A stretch of DNA of 64,000 bases from Arcobacteraceae bacterium (GCA_963662945.1 OY759974.1:1280001-1344000); one strand, 5' to 3'. Shown: positions 32,248 to 42,024, counted from the first letter of the stretch. The notes: generated from the letters alone by a model not told the origin. Made by a program: numbers and translations.

Positions 32248-33018
32248 ATGTTACGAAAAAGAATTATATTCTCACTCATTTATGAAAATGGTATTTTTAA
32301 TCAAAGTCGAAATTTTCGATTACAAAAAGTAGGAAATATTCAATGGCTAGAAAAAAACTATAAATTTCAAGAGATAGCTTTTTCATTAGATGAACTAATC
32401 GTTTTAAATGCATCCAAAAATAAAAAAAACATGCAAGAATTTGGTCAAACTTTAAGTGCATTAGTAAATGATGTTTTTATTCCTATAGCAGCTGGTGGTG
32501 GTATTAGAACAATTGAAGATGCACAATACCTATTTCAAAATGGTGCCGATAAATTAGTCATAAATACTATTCTTTATCAAGATCCAAACTTAGTAAAAGA
32601 ATTAGCTAAAATATATGGCTCTCAAAGCCTTGTTGCAAGTATTGATTATAAAATCATTGATAATTTACCAAAAGTATTTATTCATAATGGAACAGAACCA
32701 CTTGATATCTCTTTAAAAGAATATTTAGAATATATTCAAGAACTAAATATTGGTGAAATTTATTTGAACTCAATAGATAAGGATGGGACTGGATTTGGTT
32801 ATGATTTTGATACAATACAAAATATAAAAGATGTTATTGATGTTCCTCTAATTATTGCCGGTGGAGCAGGTAATGAAACTCACTTAAAAAGTGGACTAGA
32901 ACTAGAATATGTAAGTGCTGTTGCAACAGCTAATCTGTTTAACTTTATAGGAAACGGCTTACCTAATGCAAGAAAAAGTATTTTAAAAGAAGGGTTAAAT
33001 ATATCAAAATGGATGTAA
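32248..33018 (+). CDS. HisF-like barrel (WbuZ-like ammonia channel)
   Basis: GGGIR, GADK, SIDKDGTG.GYD, GGAG. Confidence 0.85.
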   Translation: MLRKRIIFSLIYENGIFNQSRNFRLQKVGNIQWLEKNYKFQEIAFSLDELIVLNASKNKKNMQEFGQTLSALVNDVFIPIAAGGGIRTIEDAQYLFQNGADKLVINTILYQDPNLVKELAKIYGSQSLVASIDYKIIDNLPKVFIHNGTEPLDISLKEYLEYIQELNIGEIYLNSIDKDGTGFGYDFDTIQNIKDVIDVPLIIAGGAGNETHLKSGLELEYVSAVATANLFNFIGNGLPNARKSILKEGLNISKWM

Positions 33019-33989
33019 AACAAACTACAGTATATGAATATGCATTAATAACAGATAAAATAGTATTTGCCGACGGTATCTCAAGAACTGGTAAAGCAAT
33101 GATTAGTAACCTATTACTTGGTTTTGACAAAATGTCAAGTGTACAATTTATTAATCCATTTGAACAACTTATGCCAATGTACATGCATAATAAAATTACA
33201 AAAGATGCGATGTCTGGGTTTCTACGTCTTTTTTTTAACGAAAATTTTTATAATTATAAGTTATCAAGAAATATAAATTTTAGATATGATGATTTAACAA
33301 GTATTTACAATACAAATAATCCCATAGAATTTCACAAAAACTTATCTAAAAAAGATGGTGATGCAATCATAAATGAACTACTAAATGAAACACTATATTT
33401 TCAATTTCAAACACATGACTTACTAACTCATTATTCAAAGTTTCTTGAATTAAATATAGATGCATATGTCATTGAATTACTAAGGAATCCTATTGATACT
33501 GTACATTCTTGGCATAAAAGAGGATGGGGTACACGATTTGATCAAGTAGATCCAAGAAGTGGTACAACATTATTTCAATATAAAAATAAAACTATTCCGC
33601 ACTATGCTATTGGGAATGAAGAATATTACTTAAAATTAAATCCTATGGAAAAATGTGTATTTATGCATAATTCCCTACAAAAAAAATCTATTTTTGAATA
33701 TAAAAAATTAACTGCTGAACAAAAAAATAAAATTTTACTTATTAAGTATGAAGATATGATTGATGATCCAAATCTTCAACTTAATAAAATATCAGAATTT
33801 TTAAATCTTAAAATAACTTCACACATGACAAAAATGATGAAAGATGCAAAAGTTCCAAGAATAATTAATACACAAGATAGAAATATTAAACTTGAAGAAA
33901 TTAAAAACAATGTTTCTCAAGATATTTATGATGATTTACTCAAATTAGCATATGAATATGAAACAAACTTTTACACCCTAAATCCGTAG
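33009..33989 (+). CDS. PAPS-dependent sulfotransferase-fold protein
   Basis: GISRTGK (5'-PSB-like), RNPIDTVHSW (3'-PB-like), KYED. Confidence 0.75.
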   Translation: MDVKQTTVYEYALITDKIVFADGISRTGKAMISNLLLGFDKMSSVQFINPFEQLMPMYMHNKITKDAMSGFLRLFFNENFYNYKLSRNINFRYDDLTSIYNTNNPIEFHKNLSKKDGDAIINELLNETLYFQFQTHDLLTHYSKFLELNIDAYVIELLRNPIDTVHSWHKRGWGTRFDQVDPRSGTTLFQYKNKTIPHYAIGNEEYYLKLNPMEKCVFMHNSLQKKSIFEYKKLTAEQKNKILLIKYEDMIDDPNLQLNKISEFLNLKITSHMTKMMKDAKVPRIINTQDRNIKLEEIKNNVSQDIYDDLLKLAYEYETNFYTLNP

Positions 33990-33997
33990 GAAACTAG

Positions 33998-34711
33998 ATG
34001 GATATTTATCTTTTACTTACTATTATAATTACGGCAGCTATACAATCTTTATTTGGTGTTGGAGTATTGCTTTTTGGTACTCCAATTCTCCTACTATTAA
34101 ATTATGAATTCTTTGATGCTTTAATAATACTCCTTCCCATATCAGCATCAATCAACTTAATGCAAGTTATTAAAGGCTATAAACAAATTGATTTTGATAT
34201 CTATAAACATATATTATTCATTTCAGTACCTTTTATTATTTTAACATTATATCTTCTTTCAAAATTCACTATACATATAACCGTATACATAGGCTTATTA
34301 CTAATGATTATTGCACTCAAAGAGTATGTAAGTGTTATACAAAATTTTATCAATAAATTATTATCATACAATAACTTTTTTTATGTAATTATGGGATTAG
34401 TTCATGGTATGACAAACTTAGGTGGGGCGCTGCTAACTGCCAAAATTTTTAATACTAACTTAGATAAATATCAAAAAAGAAGTACTATTGCGATATCGTA
34501 TATGACATTTGCTTTATTTCAAATAGTTACAATTTTACTTTTAACATATGAATATAATATTTTCAATCTTTTATTTATTTTAATTGGACTAAGTGTTTAT
34601 ATATTAGTAAATAAAATATTTTTTTATAAAATTACAAATAATAAATATGATAGACTATTTGCAATATTTTTATTCACATCTGGATTGACACTAACTTTAA
34701 AAGGATTATGA
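33998..34711 (+). CDS. TauE/SafE (TSUP) family permease
   Basis: Highly hydrophobic, QSLFGVG..FGTP and HGMTNLGG repeats. Confidence 0.72.
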   Translation: MDIYLLLTIIITAAIQSLFGVGVLLFGTPILLLLNYEFFDALIILLPISASINLMQVIKGYKQIDFDIYKHILFISVPFIILTLYLLSKFTIHITVYIGLLLMIIALKEYVSVIQNFINKLLSYNNFFYVIMGLVHGMTNLGGALLTAKIFNTNLDKYQKRSTIAISYMTFALFQIVTILLLTYEYNIFNLLFILIGLSVYILVNKIFFYKITNNKYDRLFAIFLFTSGLTLTLKGL

Positions 34712-35205
34712 TGGTAATTTGGTTAATTGGTATATCAGGAGCGGGCAAAACAACATTAGGGAATAAAATTCATAATCATTATGTAAAAAAAAATCAAAAA
34801 TCTTTTATCATTGATGGAGATATTGTAAGAAGTTTTTATAATAACGATTTAGGATACACAAAAGAAGATCGAATAGCAAATATAAAAAGAATAATGCTAT
34901 CAGCTTATGTTTTAGAAAAGAATGGTATTATCCCAATTGTATGTAACATCTCTCCTTTTGAAAATTTACGAAATTTTGCTAGAGAAAAATTTGAGAATTA
35001 CCAAGAAATATATTTAAAAAAAAATATACAAGATGCCAAAAGTAATGATGTTAAAGAGATATATAAAAATAATCTTCATAAAACAGATTTAGTTGGAATC
35101 GATATGGTTTTTGAAGAACCACAATATAGTAATTTAATTTTAGAAGTTGATAAAGAAACTGAAGAAGCGTCGTTTAATAAAATAATTTCACATTTAGAAA
35201 GTTAA
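34708..35205 (+). CDS. cysC: Adenylyl-sulfate kinase
   Basis: GISGAGKTT, DGDIVR, DLGYTKEDR..NI.R, FEEP. Confidence 0.85.
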   Translation: MMVIWLIGISGAGKTTLGNKIHNHYVKKNQKSFIIDGDIVRSFYNNDLGYTKEDRIANIKRIMLSAYVLEKNGIIPIVCNISPFENLRNFAREKFENYQEIYLKKNIQDAKSNDVKEIYKNNLHKTDLVGIDMVFEEPQYSNLILEVDKETEEASFNKIISHLES

Positions 35206-35211
35206 AATAGT

Positions 35212-36279
35212 ATGTCAGTAAAATATAATTTAAATGAAGAATCACTGCAAGATTGTATCAATATAGCTACAGGTTTATTTTATCCACTAACAGGATTTAT
35301 GTCATCAACAGATTATCATAATGTTGTTATAAATATGAAACTTAGCAACCAACAAATATGGACTATTCCTATTAGTTTAGATATAGACTATGCCACATAT
35401 ATGGAAGCTGTTGAATCTACAAAATTAGACCTTTTATTTGATAATAACTTAATTGGTTTTATGAAAATTGACGATTGCTATATTGTTGACCAAAAACAAG
35501 ATATAAAATCTATTTTTGGGACAGATGATCCTAATCATCCTGGTGTTTCAAAAGAATTATCAAGAGAAAAATATAGAGTAGGTGGAGAGATAACAATTAC
35601 CAATCAATCCATATTAAATGATTCATTAAACCCAAAAAAAACTAAAGCTTATTTTAAAAGTCAGAATTGGAAAACAATTGCTGGTTTTCAAACTCGAAAT
35701 CCTGTTCATAAAGCACATGAACATTTACAAAGGATAGCTCTTGATATCTGTGATGGATTATTTATAAATCCACTAGTAGGATGGAAAAAAGTAGGTGACT
35801 TTAGTGAACAAGCAGTTATAGATGGTTATAAAGCTATGATTACAGAATACTATGCTGGTTTAAATGTTTACTTTGAAAGTTTAAAAACACCTATGCGATA
35901 TGCTGGTCCAAGAGAAGCTATTTTTCATGCACTTATAAGAAGAAATTTAGGCTGTACCCATTTTATAATTGGACGAGATCATGCCGGCGTTGGAGATTAT
36001 TATGGAAAATATGAAGCACAAGAACTTGCTAGAGAAATTCTTAAAGACAATGATTTAGGTATTGAACTTCTTCTTCTCAGTGAACCATTTTATTGTCATA
36101 AATGTGACCAAATTGTTTCAGATAAAACTTGCCATCACGATGACCAATATATAGAAAAAATAAGTGGTACAAAGATCAGAGCAATGCTTGCTGAAAATAA
36201 AAGACCAAAAGAATTGTATATGAGAAAAGAAATAGCTGATGCTATTATAAAATTAAATGATGATAAATTTATAAGATAA
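35212..36279 (+). CDS. sat: Sulfate adenylyltransferase (Sat-type)
   Basis: FQTRNPVHKAHE, MRYAGPREA, GRDHAG, ISGTKIR. Confidence 0.93.
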   Translation: MSVKYNLNEESLQDCINIATGLFYPLTGFMSSTDYHNVVINMKLSNQQIWTIPISLDIDYATYMEAVESTKLDLLFDNNLIGFMKIDDCYIVDQKQDIKSIFGTDDPNHPGVSKELSREKYRVGGEITITNQSILNDSLNPKKTKAYFKSQNWKTIAGFQTRNPVHKAHEHLQRIALDICDGLFINPLVGWKKVGDFSEQAVIDGYKAMITEYYAGLNVYFESLKTPMRYAGPREAIFHALIRRNLGCTHFIIGRDHAGVGDYYGKYEAQELAREILKDNDLGIELLLLSEPFYCHKCDQIVSDKTCHHDDQYIEKISGTKIRAMLAENKRPKELYMRKEIADAIIKLNDDKFIR

Positions 36280-36292
36280 TAAGAGGTAAAAA

Positions 36293-37273
36293 ATGAAAAA
36301 ACTAATTGCTACAGTAGGTCCATCTTTATTGAAAACACTACCATTAAATACAATACATGATGAAAAAAATATTTATAGAATAAATGGTGCCCATGGGACA
36401 ATAGAAGATATTGAGAATTATATCTTAGAAATAAGAGCTCAAGAAAAAGATGCTAATATATTAATGGACTTGCCAGGAAATAAAGTACGAACAGCAAATT
36501 TAAATGGTGGCTTTATTGATATCAAAGAAAACGAAGAGTTTTCTCTCTTATTTAGTCAAATGAATTACAAAGAATTTTTTAAGCATATTAAGGTAGGAGA
36601 TACTGTTTGGGCAAATGATTCAATCTTTAAATTTACTGTAAAAAGCATTCATATTGAAGCAATGGAGATTAAATTTATTTCACATTCTACAGGAAGATTA
36701 CTAAATAATAAAGGAATGCATATCCGAGGTATTCATGAACATATTCCCTTTCTATTTGATAAAGATAAAGAACTCATTAAATTAGCAAATAAATATAACT
36801 TAGCTTATGTAGGATTGTCTTTTGTTCGTACACGAAGTGATGTTTTAGAAGCAAAACAACTCATTAACGAAAATATCAAAATAATTTCAAAAGTAGAAAC
36901 AATTGCAGCAGTTGAGAATTTAATAGATATTCTAAAAGAAGTTGAATATATTTTAATTGATAGAGGTGATTTATCTACGGAAATAGGATTAGAAAAAGTA
37001 CCCGCTTACCAAAAATATATTATTGATAAAGCCATTTTTTATGGTACTAAAGTATTTTTAGCAACACAATTTTTAAAAAGTATGGAACACAATCCGATTC
37101 CAACAATTCCTGAAGTTATAGATATGTATAACACATTAAAAAGTGGAATTTATGGTATTCAACTTTCAGAAGAAACAGCCGTTGGAAAATATCCTAAAGA
37201 ATGTTTAAATACTATAAATAAACTATTAGAAGAAATAGATAATGAGAGACTTACCAACAAAATAACATGTTAA
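36293..37273 (+). CDS. Pyruvate kinase-like protein lacking the C-terminal domain
   Basis: ATVGP, RINGAHG, SFVR, SKVE, DRGDL, ATQ, LSEETAVGKYP; only 326 aa. Confidence 0.82.
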   Translation: MKKLIATVGPSLLKTLPLNTIHDEKNIYRINGAHGTIEDIENYILEIRAQEKDANILMDLPGNKVRTANLNGGFIDIKENEEFSLLFSQMNYKEFFKHIKVGDTVWANDSIFKFTVKSIHIEAMEIKFISHSTGRLLNNKGMHIRGIHEHIPFLFDKDKELIKLANKYNLAYVGLSFVRTRSDVLEAKQLINENIKIISKVETIAAVENLIDILKEVEYILIDRGDLSTEIGLEKVPAYQKYIIDKAIFYGTKVFLATQFLKSMEHNPIPTIPEVIDMYNTLKSGIYGIQLSEETAVGKYPKECLNTINKLLEEIDNERLTNKITC

Positions 37274-38016
37274 ATACAATTGATATAAATCTCATCAAAA
37301 ATATTGCAAGTGATGCCGGAAAAGCTATTATGGATATTTATGTTAAAAATTTTGCAATAAGTTATAAAATGGATAATTCTCCTTTAACAGAAGCAGATAT
37401 ACTAGCAAATGAAATTATATGTAATCAACTTCAATACTATTATCCTTCAATTCCCATACTTTCAGAAGAGAATAAAGAAATACCCTATGTAGAAAGAAAA
37501 GATTGGGAATATTATTGGTGTATTGATCCAATTGATGGAACAAAAGAATTTATAAAAAAGAATGGTGAATTTACTGTAAATATTGCACTTATTCATAAAA
37601 ATCGTCCTATATTAGGAGTAGTATTATCTCCAACAACAAAAGATATTTTTTATGCAAAAAAGGGCTTTGGAGCATTTCAAAATAATACTAAACTACCAAT
37701 TGATTTAAACAAAAAAGAATTTGTGATTGTTGCTAGTAAATCTCACTTAACTAATACAACTACAGAATATATAGACTCTATAAAAACGTCCAAATTCAAA
37801 AAACTAATCTCTATTGGAAGCTCATTGAAACTATGCCTTGTCGCAAGTGGATTAGCTGATATATACCCAAGATTTGCTCCTACAAAAGAATGGGATACAG
37901 CTGCTGCTCATGCAATTTTATTAGAATCTGGAAAAAATATATTTCAAGCTAATAGTAATGATGAACTTGAATATAATAAAAAAAATCTTACTAATCCAAG
38001 CTTTATTGCAAAATAG
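37267..38016 (+). CDS. cysQ: 3'(2'),5'-bisphosphate nucleotidase
   Basis: SPLTEAD, LSEE, DPIDGTKEF, GSSLK, EWDTAA. Confidence 0.93.
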   Translation: MLNTIDINLIKNIASDAGKAIMDIYVKNFAISYKMDNSPLTEADILANEIICNQLQYYYPSIPILSEENKEIPYVERKDWEYYWCIDPIDGTKEFIKKNGEFTVNIALIHKNRPILGVVLSPTTKDIFYAKKGFGAFQNNTKLPIDLNKKEFVIVASKSHLTNTTTEYIDSIKTSKFKKLISIGSSLKLCLVASGLADIYPRFAPTKEWDTAAAHAILLESGKNIFQANSNDELEYNKKNLTNPSFIAK

Positions 38017-38017
38017 A

Positions 38018-39973
38018 TTACTTAACAGCTTTCTTCAAATCTTTAAATAATTCAATAACCGCGATTGACCACAGTTTTGCTACATCATTAATTACTTTTT
38101 TGGAATGTAAATCTTTTTGTTTTAAATTTAAAATAAAATTTACATAAATATCTGCCAATGCAGTAAAATGTAAAAAGATATCAGAAAATACATGATGAGA
38201 ATCATTTTTTAATATTTCTAATATCCAAATCATAATATCTAATTTATGTTGTAAAAAGTCATCTTTTGATTTATATTCTTTAGTGTTAAATCTTTTTGCT
38301 CTATTTAATATTGTATTAATTACTTGAATATCTTTTTGAAATTCTAAATTATCTACAACTACAGAAATATTATTTATTGCTTCAATGCTAGAAAACTTTA
38401 TATCATCAAATTTTTGAGCCTTTTTATTAAATTCTTCATAATTTAATGGTTCTAATCCTTCTATGTATGCTCCGTCTGAAAGATTATATGCTTTATAGTT
38501 CAAATGAGTTAAATCTCTCATCGCCATTTTATAATGATCGATAAAAATTATTAACTCTCTATTTGTTTTAACTGTTTCTCTAAAATTTCCCTTTACTGTA
38601 AGAACATCTGAATTTGAAACTCTATTTTTATCTTCGGATTCTTTTAAAGTATGCTTAATTATATTCTTACAATCTGTAGCATAATTTTGTCCTGTTTCCT
38701 GATGAAATGCGGCATCATTTCCTATAAGATATAATTCTTCTGCACCTAAATGTACAGATACTAAAAATGCATAAGTACCTACATTAGGAACAGACCCTAA
38801 ATAACCAAGACTCTCAACTAAGGGTAAAACTTGTGCAAAATAATAATGCTTGTCTCCAATTATATCAAATACTCCAGAATCTTGTTGTGTTAAAAATATA
38901 ATAGCAGTGTTATTTAAAAAATTAGGATCTTGTGTAGTTAAATGTAAAGCAATTCTTGGCGAAGGATCAATTGAGAATATTATATCTGGTATAATTTTAT
39001 GCTTTTCTAATTTTGAAACCATTGTATCTACAGAAACAATAATAAATTTATTCTGATTTTCAACTATCCACTCTATATAACTATCAAGAGAGGGACCAGC
39101 ACTAATCATCAATAATTTTTTCCCTGTTAATACTTTTTTTTCATATGCTAATGGTACACTAATAAATTTTTCTTTCTTTTTGATAAAATCAACAATTTTA
39201 TGTAAATTATCTACTACCATTTTATAAGGAAATGTTATTACAGAGTTTTCAGCAAAAAAATCAACTAATTCATCCTTGATATATGCATTTGAAGTAACTA
39301 AGTTGTAATATTTTACATTATAGTTCATATATTGGTGATGAGAAGAAAAATCATCATATACAATTTGTCTTTTGTTTTTATCTTGCCCTACGCTTAAAAA
39401 TAAAGTTCTATTCCCTTTTGCAAACTCTGAATAGTCTGTTGTAAATAAAGATAATCTAAAAATTTCTAACTCTGGTTCTATTATTAATGTAGTGTACGAT
39501 TGAATTTTGGAATCAATTTCTTGAATATGAAAACCTAATCCTGTTCCAATAAAAACAAATTTATATATTTTCTGATACTCCACATTTTCTAAATCAACAT
39601 TTTCATTGATATAATTAACTATAGGCATTACATCTTTATAAATCTCACCTGATACTAATTTATTTGTATAAGGATTCTTTCTTAATAAATCTAAAGAGTT
39701 ATTATTGGTAAAATCTACATATTTTTTTCTTTCTTCAGCATCTTTATAACTATCTGTAAAATAATACATTCCATTATTTTCATGATTTAATATATCAAAA
39801 TAACCATCTACATATTCTAAAGTATATTGCTCTTTCTTATTTCCTACTGCAATTTCATGAGACAAGTTCTTTACATCTTCATATATATCATAAAAGTTAT
39901 CCTTTAAAAAAGATAAGTTTTTATGATATATACTAACTGCCAACTTATTCAACTCTTCTACATTTACATTCAT
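38018..39973 (-). CDS. maf: Motility accessory factor (Maf) flagellin glycosyltransferase
   Basis: GTGLGFHI, IEPELEIF, SAGPSL, PNVG, LIGND; adjacent to flagellins. Confidence 0.85.
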   Translation of the reverse strand: MNVNVEELNKLAVSIYHKNLSFLKDNFYDIYEDVKNLSHEIAVGNKKEQYTLEYVDGYFDILNHENNGMYYFTDSYKDAEERKKYVDFTNNNSLDLLRKNPYTNKLVSGEIYKDVMPIVNYINENVDLENVEYQKIYKFVFIGTGLGFHIQEIDSKIQSYTTLIIEPELEIFRLSLFTTDYSEFAKGNRTLFLSVGQDKNKRQIVYDDFSSHHQYMNYNVKYYNLVTSNAYIKDELVDFFAENSVITFPYKMVVDNLHKIVDFIKKKEKFISVPLAYEKKVLTGKKLLMISAGPSLDSYIEWIVENQNKFIIVSVDTMVSKLEKHKIIPDIIFSIDPSPRIALHLTTQDPNFLNNTAIIFLTQQDSGVFDIIGDKHYYFAQVLPLVESLGYLGSVPNVGTYAFLVSVHLGAEELYLIGNDAAFHQETGQNYATDCKNIIKHTLKESEDKNRVSNSDVLTVKGNFRETVKTNRELIIFIDHYKMAMRDLTHLNYKAYNLSDGAYIEGLEPLNYEEFNKKAQKFDDIKFSSIEAINNISVVVDNLEFQKDIQVINTILNRAKRFNTKEYKSKDDFLQHKLDIMIWILEILKNDSHHVFSDIFLHFTALADIYVNFILNLKQKDLHSKKVINDVAKLWSIAVIELFKDLKKAVK

Positions 39974-40002
39974 AATATACTATCCTTTTCTAATATTCTA
40001 GC

Positions 40003-40037
40003 AAAAAAAAACCCAAGTTAAAGTTAACTTGGGTTTT
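40003..40037 (-). terminator. Intrinsic terminator after flagellin 1
   Basis: aaaacccaagttaa-ag-ttaacttgggtttt with T-run on the minus strand. Confidence 0.8.
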
Positions 40038-40063
40038 CCATAATTTAATTATCTTAAAGAAAA

Positions 40064-40945
40064 CTATTGAAGTAATCTTAAAACATTTTGACTTGTAGCA
40101 TTAGCTTGACTTATTGCATAAGTACCTGCTTGTGCTATAATGTTTTGTTTATTAAAGTTTGCAGATTCTTGTGCATAATCAACATCTCTAATAACTGACT
40201 CAGCAGCAAGAGTATTTGTAACTTGAGTCATCATATTTCTAATACTTGACTGTAATTGATTTTGAGTAGAACCAATATCTGCTCTCCATCCATTTAATTG
40301 TGTTAATGCACTATCTAGAGCTGCAATATATGTTCTTGCAATCGCTTGAGCTGATGCTGCTGTTGTAGTCGCAGCTGCAAGAAATGCACTTCCTGCTTTA
40401 ATCATTAGTGCTGACATTTTGTTTAATCCAGTTGTATTAGCTTGAATACCAGAACCTAGTGTAATTAAATCAGCTGATGTTGAACCCATTTGGAATGTTA
40501 ATTTTACTGATGCACTTGCACCTGCAGCACTTCTTTGTAATAATGTTGTACCATTATATGTTGTTTGTTGTGCAATATTATTAACTTGTTCCAATAGTTT
40601 TTTAATATCTTTACCAATTGCTTCAATACCATCTAATGATGTTGTAGCTGTCGATGCCTGAATTAATTTTTGTTTTACGATATCTAAAATATTAGATGTT
40701 TCTGCCATCGCTTTATCAGCAATTTGTGTTAATGAAACAGCTGAATTACCATTTGCAACAGCTTGATTCAATGAACTAGCTTGTGTTCTTAGTTTATCAG
40801 CAATTGCTAAACCAGATGCATCATCTGATGCTTTATTAATTCTATAACCTGTAGATAATTTTTCTAGTGAACTAGATATATTATTATTTGTATTTGCATT
40901 CGCTTCTTGAGCTATTAGTGAGCTCACATTTGTATTTATTCTCAT
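40064..40945 (-). CDS. Flagellin 1
   Basis: MRINTN, LSTGYRINKASDDASGLAI, IRDVDYAQE, VLRLLQ. Confidence 0.97.
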   Translation of the reverse strand: MRINTNVSSLIAQEANANTNNNISSSLEKLSTGYRINKASDDASGLAIADKLRTQASSLNQAVANGNSAVSLTQIADKAMAETSNILDIVKQKLIQASTATTSLDGIEAIGKDIKKLLEQVNNIAQQTTYNGTTLLQRSAAGASASVKLTFQMGSTSADLITLGSGIQANTTGLNKMSALMIKAGSAFLAAATTTAASAQAIARTYIAALDSALTQLNGWRADIGSTQNQLQSSIRNMMTQVTNTLAAESVIRDVDYAQESANFNKQNIIAQAGTYAISQANATSQNVLRLLQ

Positions 40946-41065
40946 AATTTATCCTTTTAAATTTATGACACATTGTAATCAAATTGATTACGACGAAAAA
41001 CATTCTCATTCTATCTCTATCCTGAGCATAGGGACTTTCACCCTTCGGTATCAATTGATACCTAT
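40706..41065. repeat. 360-bp exact direct repeat, copy 1 (flagellin 5' end plus 120-bp leader)
   Basis: Identical by eye to 41785-42144 (offset 1079). Confidence 0.9.
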
Positions 41066-41117
41066 AAATTAAATCTCAAAAATAAAATCAATAACCTCAT
41101 TTTTAAAATCTAATCAT

Positions 41118-41143
41118 AAAGCTACACAATTCAGTGTAGCTTT
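41118..41143 (-). terminator. Hairpin/terminator after flagellin 2
   Basis: aaagctacac-aattca-gtgtagcttt. Confidence 0.7.
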
Positions 41144-41154
41144 ACTTTAGAAAA

Positions 41155-42024
41155 CTATTGAAGTAATCTTAAAACATTTTGACTTGTAGCATTAGCTTGA
41201 CTTATTGCATAAGTACCTGCTTGTGCTATAATGTTTTGTTTATTAAAGTTTGCAGATTCTTGTGCATAATCAACATCTCTAATAACTGACTCAGCAGCAA
41301 GAGTATTTGTAACTTGAGTCATCATATTTCTAATGCTTGACTCTAATTGATTTTGAGTAGAACCAACGTCTGCTCTCCATCCATTTAATTGTGTTAATGC
41401 ACTATCAATTTTAGCAATGAATGTTCTTGCGTATGTTTGCCCAGAAGTTGCTCCCATATTTGCAAAACCACTTAAACCAGCTAATTTTAATGCTGACATA
41501 CCATTCAATCCTGTTGTATTTGCATGTACACCAGATGCTAATGAAATTAAGTCAGCTGATGTTGCACCCATTTGGAATGTTAACTTCGCAGCAACTACAC
41601 CAGCACTAGCACCTTCAAGTAATTGAATACCATTGTATGTAGTTTGAGATGCTATATTATCAATTTGATCTAACAATTTATTAATATCTTTACCAATTGC
41701 TTCAATACCATCTGCAGATGTAGTAGCAGTTGCAGCTTGAATTAATTTTTGTTTTACGATATCTAAAATATTAGATGTTTCTGACATCGCTTTATCAGCA
41801 ATTTGTGTTAATGAAACAGCTGAATTACCATTTGCAACAGCTTGATTCAATGAACTAGCTTGTGTTCTTAGTTTATCAGCAATTGCTAAACCAGATGCAT
41901 CATCTGATGCTTTATTAATTCTATAACCTGTAGATAATTTTTCTAGTGAACTAGATATATTATTATTTGTATTTGCATTCGCTTCTTGAGCTATTAGTGA
42001 GCTCACATTTGTATTTATTCTCAT
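41155..42024 (-). CDS. Flagellin 2
   Basis: Same conserved termini, distinct central region. Confidence 0.97.
   Translation of the reverse strand: MRINTNVSSLIAQEANANTNNNISSSLEKLSTGYRINKASDDASGLAIADKLRTQASSLNQAVANGNSAVSLTQIADKAMSETSNILDIVKQKLIQAATATTSADGIEAIGKDINKLLDQIDNIASQTTYNGIQLLEGASAGVVAAKLTFQMGATSADLISLASGVHANTTGLNGMSALKLAGLSGFANMGATSGQTYARTFIAKIDSALTQLNGWRADVGSTQNQLESSIRNMMTQVTNTLAAESVIRDVDYAQESANFNKQNIIAQAGTYAISQANATSQNVLRLLQ

Noticed and set aside
31636-33018. Histidine biosynthesis hisH/hisF
   Set aside because: Coupled to an N-acetyl sugar amidotransferase with no other his genes nearby
34708-37273. O-methyl phosphoramidate pathway (CysC-like kinase)
   Set aside because: No PEP-utiliser-type glutamine kinase or matching hydrolase; Sat, CysQ and a sulfotransferase point to PAPS
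36293-37273. Housekeeping glycolytic pyk
   Set aside because: Lacks the C-terminal domain, has divergent motifs and sits inside the sulfation operon; symbol withheld
41005-41050. Glycine-riboswitch-like words (CCGAAG...CUCAGG) in the flagellin leader
   Set aside because: The required upstream GGAGA and P1 pairing are missing and the context is not glycine-related; kept only as an unassigned structured leader
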